Under the pieces are notes generated by a model. The model worked only from the letters and a program-made list of their open reading frames with translations, ran no database searches and was not told the DNA's origin. A stretch of 64,000 bases of DNA from Patescibacteria group bacterium. Lineage in GTDB: Bacteria; Patescibacteriota; Microgenomatia; 2-02-FULL-39-11. The translations under genes were made by a program, and so were the position numbers. This document shows positions 30,480 through 40,379 of the stretch, piece after piece. Within the stretch, counting starts at the first letter, position 1. Every line of letters starts with the position of its first letter. The stretch covers positions 4,030 through 68,029 of the forward strand of contig JAMCUI010000011.1 in the NCBI GenBank assembly GCA_023379265.1, in the 5' to 3' direction.

Positions 30480-31076
30480 TTATATCTGATACACCTGTTT
30501 AATAAAATATTCGTGGAAAGTTGTTGTTGTCAGTTCAGGGTGGAAACAGGACGCTAAATAATAGTTACCATCTATTTTCTGTTCACAGGCAATAGTTTCT
30601 CCCTCATTTTCGGCAAGTACATTTACATCTGTTTCTACTTTTAATATCCTTGGTGCACGAATAAAGACTGCACGAATATAGCCTAATTTTGTTTTTATAT
30701 CTTTATCAAATGAATCTGTCTGTCTTCCATAAGCATTTCTGTCTATTTCAATATCCATTAGTTCAAGAGTTTTCTGCCCGGGTATTTTATGATTTATCAC
30801 TTTGGCAAGCATAATAGCACCGGCACAGGTTCCGAATATATTTTTTATTTTTTTCATCTTTTCCCACATACCTTCCCTTTCACATAATTTATAAAGGGTA
30901 GTACTTTCTCCTCCTGGAATAATAAGAGCATCAAGATGGGAAATAATATCTTTCGTACGAACGGAAACTATTTCAATATCTAATTGAAGTTTTTTGGCTG
31001 AGAGCTTTGTTGTTTCAATATGCTCTATAACATCACCGTGAAAGGCGAGGACTCCGATAATCTTTCTTGATTTCAT
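30480..31076 (-). CDS. pdxT: Pyridoxal 5'-phosphate synthase glutaminase subunit
   Basis: It has the SNO/PdxT family architecture with the GATase Cys in GTCAGAIML. It is 198 aa and adjacent to pdxS. Confidence 0.85.
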   Translation of the reverse strand: MKSRKIIGVLAFHGDVIEHIETTKLSAKKLQLDIEIVSVRTKDIISHLDALIIPGGESTTLYKLCEREGMWEKMKKIKNIFGTCAGAIMLAKVINHKIPGQKTLELMDIEIDRNAYGRQTDSFDKDIKTKLGYIRAVFIRAPRILKVETDVNVLAENEGETIACEQKIDGNYYLASCFHPELTTTTFHEYFIKQVYQI

Positions 31077-31098
31077 GAGTTGTTATCATTACGGTTTT

Positions 31099-31977
31099 TT
31101 ATATACCACGGGATGCCATTTTTGTTTCTAAAGTGGCAATTTCCAGACCTTTCATGGCTTCACCCAAATTTTCGCTTGCCTTGGCTATTTTACCGGGATC
31201 TTTAAAATGGGCGGTTGCGTCAACAATGGCTTGAGCCATTTTTACCGGTTCATTGCTTTTGAAAATTCCTGATCCGACAAAGACACCATCAACTCCAAGC
31301 TGCATGCAAAGCGCAGCATCGGATGGAGTAGCGATACCTCCTGCGGCAAAATTAACAACAGTTAGTCTTCCCAGCTTTGCCGTTTGCAAAACCAAATCAT
31401 ATGATACACGATATTCTTTGGCTTTATCTTTTAATTTATTTAATTGCTTATTTTTGAGTAAATTCTTTAACTCATCACAACCTCTATTTACCGCTCTGAT
31501 ATGTCTGACAGCTTCAACTATATTACCTGTTCCGGCCTCTCCTTTGGTTCGTATCATAGCAGCTCCTTCTTCAATCCTACGGAGTGCTTCTCCTAAATTA
31601 CGGCAACCGCAGACAAAGGGTACCTTGAATTTAGTCTTATCTATGTGAAATTCCTCATCTGCCGGAGTCAGAACTTCGCTCTCATCTACAAAGTCTACCT
31701 TCAAAGATTCGAGAACCTGCGCTTCGACAAAATGTCCTATGCGGCACTTAGCCATAACAGGAATAGTAACAGCCTCTTGAATTTCTTTTATTTTGGTCGG
31801 ATCAGACATACGAGCCACTCCTCCGGCTGCACGGATATCTGAAGGAACCCGTTCAAGAGCCATGACTGCTACCGCACCTGCTTTCTCGGCAATCTTCGCA
31901 TGTTCGGCGTTGACCACATCCATGATTACGCCGCCTTTTAACATCTGGGCCAAGTTTTTTCCAAGTTTGTTGTCCAT
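31099..31977 (-). CDS. pdxS: Pyridoxal 5'-phosphate synthase lyase subunit
   Basis: [49 protein letters not shown] is a highly conserved PdxS N-terminus. Confidence 0.92.
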   Translation of the reverse strand: MDNKLGKNLAQMLKGGVIMDVVNAEHAKIAEKAGAVAVMALERVPSDIRAAGGVARMSDPTKIKEIQEAVTIPVMAKCRIGHFVEAQVLESLKVDFVDESEVLTPADEEFHIDKTKFKVPFVCGCRNLGEALRRIEEGAAMIRTKGEAGTGNIVEAVRHIRAVNRGCDELKNLLKNKQLNKLKDKAKEYRVSYDLVLQTAKLGRLTVVNFAAGGIATPSDAALCMQLGVDGVFVGSGIFKSNEPVKMAQAIVDATAHFKDPGKIAKASENLGEAMKGLEIATLETKMASRGI

Positions 31978-31995
31978 AGTTATAGTTTAATAAAA

Positions 31996-32877
31996 TTATT
32001 TATAAACCTCAATAGGAACAAAAGTACTACCTTGCAAAACTTGAGCAACCTTATCCATTTGAGTTTCAGTCAGTGCTGTTACGTAAGATTCCGCAGGGGG
32101 TCGGGAAACGGTATATAGTTGTATTGCTGAAATTTGGCCACCGTTCTCAATAATATGATTTACTCTGTCAGCATATGCCTTGAGTTCATCCTCCCCAGGC
32201 ATTTCACCATGAACATTCATAAAGCACGACTGAATTTTAATAGGGCGTTCTTTGGCTGTAGTTAAAATGTTAGTTAAGACTTTATTAAAAGGTACTCTCG
32301 TTTGAGCGATACGTTTATAATAATCCTCTGTTCCTGCATCCAGTTTTGCCCAAAGTTCACCGTTATGCTCATCCATAAACCGTAAACCCTTTTTAACAGT
32401 ATCTCTATGTAACCCAGAAGCGTTTGAGATAACTACGAACTTGGCATCGGATAAACCAAATTCATCTCTAATAGCAATGGCTCTTTTTACTACTTCCTCA
32501 AAATTCAGTAAAGATGAGGGTTCTCCATCTCCTGAAAGAGTGATTGCTTTGATCGGCTGATCGCCCATACTACCACCTTTTATATCGGTTAATACTTTTC
32601 TTAACTGAGTATCAGCCAAATCAGCGTTGAATTTCATTATGCCGCCCTCTACCGTGCGGTCAACCTCACAGTAAATACAACCGAAATTGCATATTTTCGA
32701 GGGGGAGGTATTAATTCCAACGGAAAGACCGCTAACTCTTCTGGAAAGAACCGGATAAATTAAACTTCCTTCTCCATAATAACTTCTGTCATGTAAAGTT
32801 GTGGTTAGTTCTGGTTGTCGGTCATCACGTTCATCCATACCGTGCTCTACCTTACTGCTAATAACTGTCTTTGTCAA
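31996..32877 (-). CDS. Radical SAM domain protein (specific function not assigned)
   Basis: It has a CNFGCIYCE CxxxCxxC cluster and a glycine-rich LSGDGEPS SAM motif. It is 293 aa. Confidence 0.65.
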   Translation of the reverse strand: MTKTVISSKVEHGMDERDDRQPELTTTLHDRSYYGEGSLIYPVLSRRVSGLSVGINTSPSKICNFGCIYCEVDRTVEGGIMKFNADLADTQLRKVLTDIKGGSMGDQPIKAITLSGDGEPSSLLNFEEVVKRAIAIRDEFGLSDAKFVVISNASGLHRDTVKKGLRFMDEHNGELWAKLDAGTEDYYKRIAQTRVPFNKVLTNILTTAKERPIKIQSCFMNVHGEMPGEDELKAYADRVNHIIENGGQISAIQLYTVSRPPAESYVTALTETQMDKVAQVLQGSTFVPIEVYK

Positions 32878-32919
32878 GAAAAATAGGTTTTGTTAAGGTT
32901 TGGAAAGGTCTTGGAAATC

Positions 32920-33210
32920 TTATGGTTTAAAAAATTTCGCCAAACTTAGCTTATACATCGATTCTATAAAATCTGATCCTGCGTAACCGGCAAGCAACGA
33001 GGCTCTCCAATCTCCATTAAACACTACTCCCCCAAACTGTCCCACAATCATGGAAATAACAAGAGTCGCTGCAAAATATTGCCACTGGAATTTGAAAGTC
33101 TTCGGATCAAATGTCTGGGATTTAGTAACGCCAACTAAACCCCTGACTAAACCTCCTAATCCTCCGGCCAGAAATTGTAATAAGGCTGGTGAAATATTCA
33201 TAAAACTCAC
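32920..33210 (-). CDS. Small hypothetical membrane protein
   Basis: It is 96 aa with two to three hydrophobic, Gly-rich helices. Confidence 0.4.
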   Translation of the reverse strand: MSFMNISPALLQFLAGGLGGLVRGLVGVTKSQTFDPKTFKFQWQYFAATLVISMIVGQFGGVVFNGDWRASLLAGYAGSDFIESMYKLSLAKFFKP

Positions 33211-33216
33211 CTCCTA

Positions 33217-34608
33217 TCATAAATGATAAATAGTTGCTTTTCCCTTTCCCTCCATCCTTATTTTCCCGGAAGAAACCAAAGCATGTAAGTACTCTGTGGC
33301 TGTAGTCTGGGAAACATGAAGATAATCCCTGATGTTTTTATTATTGGCTTTTGGTTTAGACTGAAGGAACTGGATGATTTTATTTAAGTTTTCTTCCCTT
33401 TTCTCAATTCTTTTCCGGTTGGCTTTCTGGAGTCTGGAATCAACCTCCAGAGTAATTCTTTCTTCAGCTCTCTTATCTACTTCTGCTTCGTCAAAAACTC
33501 GAACTTCCTTAACCACTTCTTTTATAACTTCCACCGGTTTTTCGATAATAACCGGTTCAGGAACAACGGGTGCAGTTGTCGGAGGTGAGACGCTTGGTGG
33601 GTTGGGGACTGATGCCGGGGCTTGGGATTGTTGCTGTTGGAGCTGTTGGGAAACCGGCTGAGAATTTCCGGTTGCAGGTTGTGGACTGTCTGAAGGTGCA
33701 GCAGAAGCTGGATCTATCAGATCACCAAAGGAAACGGAAGGATTGGGAGTATCAGAAACCGGAGTTTGAACCGGCAATGGTGAAGTATTGGAATCTGACT
33801 TTCCGGAAAGTATATCCCCAAAGGATAAATTATTGTTTTTTTCAGGAATTTTCTCCTCGGATGGGGCTATTTGGGGACTATCAGAAGGCTCTGGCTGGAT
33901 TTCGGCCGAATCTACCCCCGGAATTTCCGTAGCACTTATAGAAGCATCATTTGGGGCTTCTGATTGCACCTGTTCGACCTGAATCGGTAGTGTTCCGGTG
34001 TTTTGAACGGTATCGGAATTTGGCTGTAAAGATGACTGTTCAGGCTGAACTGGAACCTGATTTTCGTTTATCGGATCGGCCGGATTCGTTGAATCTGTCT
34101 GTGAATCGGCCGGTTTGGCATCAACGGGAATTTCAGGCTGCTGCACTTCAGAAACGGAATCCTCTTTCGCTGAAGCACCGGCTGACAATTCGGCCGGAAT
34201 GGAATCAACAATTTCTTCCGGAATCTTAACTTCGGAAACTGGATCGGCCGGAATGGTAGGTTCTGACTGGATGCTTATATCGGCAGATTGGGTAGGAGAT
34301 TGAACTCGTCCGGAATCGGCCGGAATGGTGGAAACCGGCCGATTGGAATCAGAACTAATGGTCTGCTCAGAAGTTAAAGCTGTCGTTTGTGAATCGGCCG
34401 GAATGGTCCCCGACTCTCCGGTCGGGGTAAAGGAAACCGGCCGATTGGTGTCTGATCCGACCAATTGATCACCGGAAGCTGAATCTGAAGTGGGCTGGTT
34501 AACCGCTGGAGGGGAAGGCGAGGAAGTATCCTCCGGTAAACTGCTAAAGTCCTGATTATCCCGGACAGTCCGGGAACTGGAATCATCAGCCATGGGTATA
34601 TCCAGCAT
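33217..34608 (-). CDS. Low-complexity Ser/Pro/Thr-rich protein with repeated IPADS motifs and a C-terminal winged-helix-like domain
   Basis: DNA repeats aatcggccggaatgg recur through 34075-34445 and encode (T/S)IPADS. The C-terminal ...NIRDYLHVSQTTATEYLHALVSSGKIRMEGKGKATIYHL looks like a wHTH. Confidence 0.5.
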   Translation of the reverse strand: MLDIPMADDSSSRTVRDNQDFSSLPEDTSSPSPPAVNQPTSDSASGDQLVGSDTNRPVSFTPTGESGTIPADSQTTALTSEQTISSDSNRPVSTIPADSGRVQSPTQSADISIQSEPTIPADPVSEVKIPEEIVDSIPAELSAGASAKEDSVSEVQQPEIPVDAKPADSQTDSTNPADPINENQVPVQPEQSSLQPNSDTVQNTGTLPIQVEQVQSEAPNDASISATEIPGVDSAEIQPEPSDSPQIAPSEEKIPEKNNNLSFGDILSGKSDSNTSPLPVQTPVSDTPNPSVSFGDLIDPASAAPSDSPQPATGNSQPVSQQLQQQQSQAPASVPNPPSVSPPTTAPVVPEPVIIEKPVEVIKEVVKEVRVFDEAEVDKRAEERITLEVDSRLQKANRKRIEKREENLNKIIQFLQSKPKANNKNIRDYLHVSQTTATEYLHALVSSGKIRMEGKGKATIYHL

Positions 34609-34683
34609 AACATAAAATGAGAATCACATGAATATTATATGAATGGCTCCAGAGGTAAAGATCATGACTGGATTTACACAATC

Positions 34684-35790
34684 CTAATTTACGATTTTCT
34701 CCCAAGGAAATATGCTCCTGCCGAAATGCCCGTAACAGGCAGCCGGAAGATATATAGGCCGCAAGAGGTCAAAAGCGCTGATGATGCCGGAAACGGATAG
34801 ATCAAGGAGATTCCAGGCATATTTCTCTATCTTTCTTTTATCTTCCATCTCTGTCCCGAATGTCTCCACCGCTTTAGCAAAAGGGGTTTTCTTTCCTATA
34901 ACGTAGGCTACCTGTACTTCACACCGGCTGGCCATTTTCCGGGCAACAATATTTTTGGCGATAAAACGGGCAGCATAAGCACCGATTCTATCCACCTTGC
35001 TGGGGTCTTTTCCGGAAAAACAACCGCCTCCGTGCCGACCCATTCCCCCGTAGGTGTCTACCATAATCTTCCTGCCTGTCAGTCCGGTATCTGAAGCCGG
35101 ACCGCCAATTTCCCATCTCCCCGTACCGTTTACAACCAGATCTTTCTCATCGCATTGGAATCCGTATCCGGAAAAGACAGGAGTCACAACATTTTTCCAG
35201 AGTACTGATTTTAATTCACCGTTTGCAATTTCGCGATTATGGGGTACCGCCAGAACCACTTTATCGACCGCCTCCGGTTTCCCCTTCTCATAAACTACCC
35301 TAACCTGGCTTTTTCCGTCCGGCCGCAAAAAGGAATATTCTTTTTTCTTCTTTATATTGTCCAGGCGGCTGATAAGCTTATGCGAGAGCATAATAGGAAG
35401 TGGCATCAACTCCTCTGTTTCGCTAGTAGCGTAACCAAACATCATCCCCTGATCACCCGCTCCCCCTTTTGTCACTCCGATGTCTATATCTGCCGATTGC
35501 TGGTGAATAAAATTTTCTACGGGAGAGTGAAAACTGAAATTATATATATCGTTTGTATAACCGGATTTCCTTATAATTCTTCTAGCGATACTAACATAAT
35601 CCACTTTCGCACAAGACTTCACTTCGCCTGCAATAATCAGACGATTTGCAGTAGCCAAACATTCGACAGCTGTATGGGAATTCCTGTCCTGGGACAAACA
35701 TTCATCCAAAATGGAATCCGAAATCTGGTCGCAGATTTTATCCGGATGACCGCAGGAAACTGATTCTGAAGTAAAGTATCTGTAATTCAT
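34684..35790 (-). CDS. metK: S-adenosylmethionine synthetase
   Basis: It has GHPDKICDQISD, GAGDQG and GGGCFSGKD motifs. The ORF track starts at the GTG at 35796 (7 nt after GGAGG); the ATG at 35790 gives MNYRYFTSES, which aligns with MetK N-termini. Confidence 0.9.
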   Translation of the reverse strand: MNYRYFTSESVSCGHPDKICDQISDSILDECLSQDRNSHTAVECLATANRLIIAGEVKSCAKVDYVSIARRIIRKSGYTNDIYNFSFHSPVENFIHQQSADIDIGVTKGGAGDQGMMFGYATSETEELMPLPIMLSHKLISRLDNIKKKKEYSFLRPDGKSQVRVVYEKGKPEAVDKVVLAVPHNREIANGELKSVLWKNVVTPVFSGYGFQCDEKDLVVNGTGRWEIGGPASDTGLTGRKIMVDTYGGMGRHGGGCFSGKDPSKVDRIGAYAARFIAKNIVARKMASRCEVQVAYVIGKKTPFAKAVETFGTEMEDKRKIEKYAWNLLDLSVSGIISAFDLLRPIYLPAACYGHFGRSIFPWEKIVN

Positions 35791-35796
35791 AGCCAC

Positions 35797-35950
35797 AAAA
35801 AAACCTCCGGTAAAGAGGTAAAAGGTTTCCTCTTTAAACAGGCTTATCTTTGCTAGCTGGCACCCTTACCTTCCGGGTTGCCGGATGATTTTACAAGCTA
35901 GAACTTGCTACCTTGTTTCAGGTATTCTCATCTCTCTTGATAGATTATCC
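35797..35950 (-). promoter_or_regulatory. Candidate SAM riboswitch (SAM-I clan-like) with an SD-sequestering expression platform in the metK leader
   Basis: The minus-strand RNA reads AUCUAUCAAGAGAGAUGAG...AUCAUCCGGCAACCCGGAAGGUAAGGGUGCCAGCUAGCAAAGAUAAG. The P1 halves are CUAUC/GAUAAG, the AAGAGAG, CCGGCAACC and GGUGCC elements are present, and P2 is longer than canonical. It is followed by AAAGAGG...CCUCUUUACCGGAGGUUUUUUU, where CCUCU can pair with the SD GGAGG. Confidence 0.45.
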
Positions 35951-36036
35951 ATTTCCCAGGATGATTTGATTTGTTATTAAGTTTACAAAATTAGTCAAAA
36001 AAAAGTCAATATACAATTGGTATATAATACTAAAAT

Positions 36037-36480
36037 ATGGATACGCTTCCCGACGAGAATTCCAAAAAATTCGTTGCGGTTCTAAACAAAAAAATAGAGG
36101 CGGGAAAACTCATGAATGCCCTGGGACATATGACTGCCGGGCTTGCCGGTGGATACGGTAAGGAGAAAGAGATGTGCTTTCTGGAATACTGCGATAAGGA
36201 TAATGGAAAACATCCCTTTATCTCACATTTCCCTTTTATTGTCCTGAGGGCTGACAATTCCAACCAAATAAGAACCGCCAGAAAAGAGGCTGCAGCAAGG
36301 AATATCATCTTCACCGACTTTACAAGCACCATGACGGTGGGAACATCAGCCGAGCAAGTCCAAAGAACTTCTGAGACTCCAGAAGCCGAACTGGAATATT
36401 ACGGCATATGTATGTTTGGGGATACGGCAGCTCTAAATGAATTTACCAAAAAGTTTTCCCTATGGAGGGAAGACGCGTGA
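36037..36480 (+). CDS. Hypothetical protein (possibly DUF2000-like)
   Basis: This 147 aa ORF is divergent from metK. FVAVLNKKIEAGKLMNALGHMTAGLAGG resembles DUF2000 family members, from memory only. Confidence 0.4.
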   Translation: MDTLPDENSKKFVAVLNKKIEAGKLMNALGHMTAGLAGGYGKEKEMCFLEYCDKDNGKHPFISHFPFIVLRADNSNQIRTARKEAAARNIIFTDFTSTMTVGTSAEQVQRTSETPEAELEYYGICMFGDTAALNEFTKKFSLWREDA

Positions 36481-36553
36481 AACCTATATAGACAAACTCA
36501 AACAGCAAATAAAACAACAGCAAGATAATAGAAAAAGAATTCTCAAACCTGAA

Positions 36554-37081
36554 TCAACCAGCCGGGCGGATAAAATATCTGTATCTGCCGCTCTTCCTAA
36601 ATAACTTTGGAATGGCATCTTTGATAAAATTTAAGTTTAGCCTTTCCCAGAACTGTCTTAGAAGAAATACCTTTATCTCTCCGGGTAAACCCATATAGCT
36701 AATTTTGCGGAAATTCAATCCTTTCACAATATGCCCCACTTTTTTGTTGGAACTCCCTATATAAAGATTGTTTGCCCTGTATCTTTCCACCACCCGCGAT
36801 AACAATCTCTTGCCGTATCCTTTTCCCTGAAATTCTTTCAGAATAATGACTGGCCCCAACTTCAACCAATTTTCCAAGGGTATGACGACACATACTCCTA
36901 TAAATTTGTCGTCTTTTAAGATGATAAAAGGATTCTGAAAACCTTCCCAAGTCTTCTTTGCATACAAGCCGACATCGGGAAAAAATGGAGACTGGGACAA
37001 TAAAAGCATGATTTCGCTATCCGCAAGTTTTCTTTGAAAAATTGAGATTTTGGGCATATAATTCATATCACATATGAGCAA
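36554..37081 (-). CDS. GNAT family N-acetyltransferase
   Basis: Motif A is VIILKEFQGKGYGKRLL (Q/R-x-x-G-x-G/A). Confidence 0.65.
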   Translation of the reverse strand: MLICDMNYMPKISIFQRKLADSEIMLLLSQSPFFPDVGLYAKKTWEGFQNPFIILKDDKFIGVCVVIPLENWLKLGPVIILKEFQGKGYGKRLLSRVVERYRANNLYIGSSNKKVGHIVKGLNFRKISYMGLPGEIKVFLLRQFWERLNLNFIKDAIPKLFRKSGRYRYFIRPAG

Positions 37082-37200
37082 GGAAATTTACGAAACAGCA
37101 AAGAACGCAGAAAATATAAAGGAATTCCTGAAAAAGTGGGGTACTAGAATAGGTCTTCTCGCCATAGGTATTATCGGTCTCTCTTTTATACTCTAAATTT

Positions 37201-38346
37201 TTAGACTTTCCCTTCTTTTATCTTTTCTCTGATTTTTTCGACCAGTGTATTGAAGTAATAGAGATTGTGCAAAGTCAAAAGCCGTAAACCTAAAATTTCT
37301 CTGGCTCTTATCAGATGATTGATATAATAACGGGGAAAATCCCCTGTGCAGACAGTACATAGACAATCTTTATCAAGCGGGCTTTTTTCACTCTCATACT
37401 CACTCTTTCTGAAATTCAACCTTCCTTCCCGCGTAAACGCTATTCCCCGCCTGCCATAATGCGTCGGAACGGTACAATCAAAAAGATCAATTCCCTCTTT
37501 TATGATAAGCTCCATATCCTCCGGATACCCTATGCCAAGCAGATGACGCGGTTTCCCCTCATCAAGGATTGGCAGCGTCCAGCGCAAAATGTCCCTGGTA
37601 TCGGTCTTACTTTCACCCAAATCGCCTCCGATACCAAAACCCTCAAAGCCTAATGAATTGATATACCTGGCACTCTCTTCCCGAAGTTCACGGAAGTTGG
37701 ATCCCTGGACTATACCAAAAAGCGCCTGTTTTGTCCTGTGCGTCTCCCGGCAAATCTTGGCCCAGCGGTGTGTACGCAAAAGAGAAAGGCGGGCATAATC
37801 CCTGGTAATAAGGGGAGGCGTACACTCGTCAAAAGCAAAGATGATATCAGCTCCAAGCTTTTCCTGTATACTGATTGACTCTTTGGGACCTATAAAAAGT
37901 TTTTGACCATCAAAAGGAGAAGAAAAATAAACACCATCTTGTGTGATTTTCAACCCTTTGGGCTGGTCTTTAACATCAACTTTGAGCTTTTGCCTGCCAG
38001 GGAAATACTTGATTTTCTTGCCTATTCCAAAATCCAGACCAAAACCGAGACTAAATACCTGAAATCCGGCGGAATCGGTCATAGTCACTCCATCCCAAGC
38101 CATAAATTTATTCAAGCCGCCCAATTTTGAAATAACCTCCTCACCTGGCTGTTCGTGAAGATAAAAGGTATTGGAAATGGCAATTTTGGACTTGGCCATC
38201 TTGAGTTCGCCACTTGTAATAGTCTTTACTGCTGCCTGAGTGGCGACTGCGACAAGAGCGGGTGTCTCTACCACTCCATGGGGGGTGGCGAGAAGCCCCA
38301 GCCGGGCCTGTGATTTTTGCGATCTTTGTAGAACTGTAAATTTCAT
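37201..38346 (-). CDS. tgt: Queuine tRNA-ribosyltransferase
   Basis: MKFTVLQRSQKSQARLGLLATPHGVVETPALVAVATQAAVK matches the Tgt N-terminus. It has the catalytic D in FAFDEC and a zinc site CLCTVCTGDFPRYYINHL. Confidence 0.85.
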   Translation of the reverse strand: MKFTVLQRSQKSQARLGLLATPHGVVETPALVAVATQAAVKTITSGELKMAKSKIAISNTFYLHEQPGEEVISKLGGLNKFMAWDGVTMTDSAGFQVFSLGFGLDFGIGKKIKYFPGRQKLKVDVKDQPKGLKITQDGVYFSSPFDGQKLFIGPKESISIQEKLGADIIFAFDECTPPLITRDYARLSLLRTHRWAKICRETHRTKQALFGIVQGSNFRELREESARYINSLGFEGFGIGGDLGESKTDTRDILRWTLPILDEGKPRHLLGIGYPEDMELIIKEGIDLFDCTVPTHYGRRGIAFTREGRLNFRKSEYESEKSPLDKDCLCTVCTGDFPRYYINHLIRAREILGLRLLTLHNLYYFNTLVEKIREKIKEGKV

Positions 38347-38441
38347 AAAAGGCTGAATATATCAGTATTTCGGTCTTGCCTGAGCTCTGCAGACCAAAAA
38401 AGATGGAAATAACACCGCTAAATTAATGCTAAAATATCACT

Positions 38442-39626
38442 ATGACCCCCAAAATCATAAAAGCTGTACTTGTCCCTCTTATATCTGGAATTATAGCAGG
38501 CATACTCATCTTTTTCTTTTTACCTAAACTTCCGCTTTCTCCTGACAATCCCCTCTACAGTTTATTGGGAATAAGGAAAATGCGGGTAATCGGTTTTGAG
38601 CCTTATTGGCTCCTGACTCGGTCCGACAAAAACTATACCCCCTACCTGACAGACTTGACTTATTTTGGCTTAAATATCGGCCCAGACGGACACTTGGTAA
38701 AACTTGCAAACACAAAGGAGGAAGATCCTTCCTGGACATGGTTTAAGGGAAATACTCTTTCTAGCAGGTTAAAAACGGTTACCAAAGATGGACTGACCAC
38801 CACTTTACTGCTTTTTAATGCCAATGAAAAAGATATAACCGCACTTTTATCTGACCCCTTGACAAATGCTAGGAATATGATGGATGACGCCGTACCCCTA
38901 ATGGCAAAATACGGATATAAAAACCTGAATCTGGATATAGAAAGTTTCAAAGAGGCTTCGGCCGAGGACAAGATACGCTTTACTGAATTCGTCCATAATG
39001 TCAAAAACCTGCTAAAGATTAACGGCAAGGGTAGTCTGATTGTCGATTTCAGCCCGTCTGTATTTTATAAAAATTACATCATCGACCCGGCGGGCGTAGC
39101 CCAATATGCGGACTTTGTCATCATAATGGCGTATGACTACAATTATTCGGGTTCTTTCCTGACAGGGCCGGTAGCTCCTCTTTCTGGAGCCGGCATCAAC
39201 CGAGAGACAGATGTGGAATCAGCAATAAAGGATGCCAAAAAAATCATACCCGAAAACAAAATCGTATTGGGTATACCACTTTATGGTTATGAATGGGATA
39301 CGCTCTTAAAAGAACCTGGAATTGCGGCAATTCCCAACTCGTCATCTGTGGCAAGCAATAACAGAATCACCAAACTATTGTCATCATGCAAGACTTGTAC
39401 CAGGTCTTTTGATATCGACTCTATGTCTCCCTATATCATCTATCAGGAAAAAGATGCAGACTATTACCATCAAATATATTTTGAAGATAAAGAATCTTTA
39501 GAGGCAAAATTGCAGGTAGCAGAAAAAAACGGACTGGCCGGCGTGGCCCTGTGGGCTCTGGGATACGAGGGAAACGACATGCTTTCACCTCTTTCAAACT
39601 ACAAAAAAACTTACCTGAAACTTTAA
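38442..39626 (+). CDS. Membrane-anchored glycoside hydrolase family 18-like protein
   Basis: An N-terminal TM precedes the GH18 catalytic motif NLNLDIESF (DxxDxDxE), with a YDYNY aromatic cluster. Confidence 0.6.
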   Translation: MTPKIIKAVLVPLISGIIAGILIFFFLPKLPLSPDNPLYSLLGIRKMRVIGFEPYWLLTRSDKNYTPYLTDLTYFGLNIGPDGHLVKLANTKEEDPSWTWFKGNTLSSRLKTVTKDGLTTTLLLFNANEKDITALLSDPLTNARNMMDDAVPLMAKYGYKNLNLDIESFKEASAEDKIRFTEFVHNVKNLLKINGKGSLIVDFSPSVFYKNYIIDPAGVAQYADFVIIMAYDYNYSGSFLTGPVAPLSGAGINRETDVESAIKDAKKIIPENKIVLGIPLYGYEWDTLLKEPGIAAIPNSSSVASNNRITKLLSSCKTCTRSFDIDSMSPYIIYQEKDADYYHQIYFEDKESLEAKLQVAEKNGLAGVALWALGYEGNDMLSPLSNYKKTYLKL

Positions 39627-39627
39627 C

Positions 39628-40296
39628 CTACCTTATCTCCACTGTTTTTGAAGAATTATCATAAACGGCTTTTTTATCTTGCGAAAGATTATAGACTTTG
39701 GTATTATTATCTTTGTCTTCATATCCAATGACGGCAGAACCTTGTAAATCCGTCGTAGAAACGGTACCGGAATAAATATCTGTTGTAATCTTTGCTTCCC
39801 CGCTCAGACTCACCAGTGAATTCAGACTGCGAACTGCCAATTTTTCGCCTCCAGAGGCCTTATACGAGACTGTCCCTGACTTTTGCCAAAAGAGAAATTG
39901 GTTGGGAGTAAGATTGGAAAAAACCAATTCAGTCTCAGCACCGACTTTTAGATCTGCATAATTGGTAAAAGACACTAAAGCAGACGATTGATAACCAGTC
40001 AGGATAGCATCACCCAGAACGATCTTGGCCGAAGTGGAAGCCGCAGAAAAACTGTCTTTATCAAAAGGCTGCAGCTTTACATCACCTGAAATTTCAATTA
40101 TTGTCCCCTGCCTGCTTGCTGCGGGAGGAGTAAGTGTAATATCCAATGTCCGAGGTATAAATGGTTTCTCTTTGATTTTCTTTACCTGAAAATATCTTAC
40201 CGTCAAAACAGTAAAAACACCTAAGGTGAAAAAAGGATTATAGTGAGCAAACTTTTCCACATCTTGGATAATAATTATAAACCATCTCGCTAACAT
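39628..40296 (-). CDS. Hypothetical membrane-anchored protein
   Basis: This 222 aa protein has an N-terminal hydrophobic helix followed by a Ser/Thr-rich beta-like region. Confidence 0.4.
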   Translation of the reverse strand: MLARWFIIIIQDVEKFAHYNPFFTLGVFTVLTVRYFQVKKIKEKPFIPRTLDITLTPPAASRQGTIIEISGDVKLQPFDKDSFSAASTSAKIVLGDAILTGYQSSALVSFTNYADLKVGAETELVFSNLTPNQFLFWQKSGTVSYKASGGEKLAVRSLNSLVSLSGEAKITTDIYSGTVSTTDLQGSAVIGYEDKDNNTKVYNLSQDKKAVYDNSSKTVEIR

Positions 40297-40379
40297 ATAG
40301 TTGATTGTTTGCTATTTCACAAAATTCTGTCAGTTTTGTATAATCCACATTCATATAAATCACGTTTGAGAAATTTATT

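Noticed and set aside
37074-37196. 40-codon plus-strand ORF (MSKEIYETAKNAENIKEFLKKWGTRIGLLAIGIIGLSFIL) with a C-terminal TM helix between the GNAT and tgt genes
   Set aside because: It is plausible as a tail-anchored micro-protein, but it overlaps the GNAT start on the opposite strand and I cannot confirm it without conservation or ribosome-profiling data.
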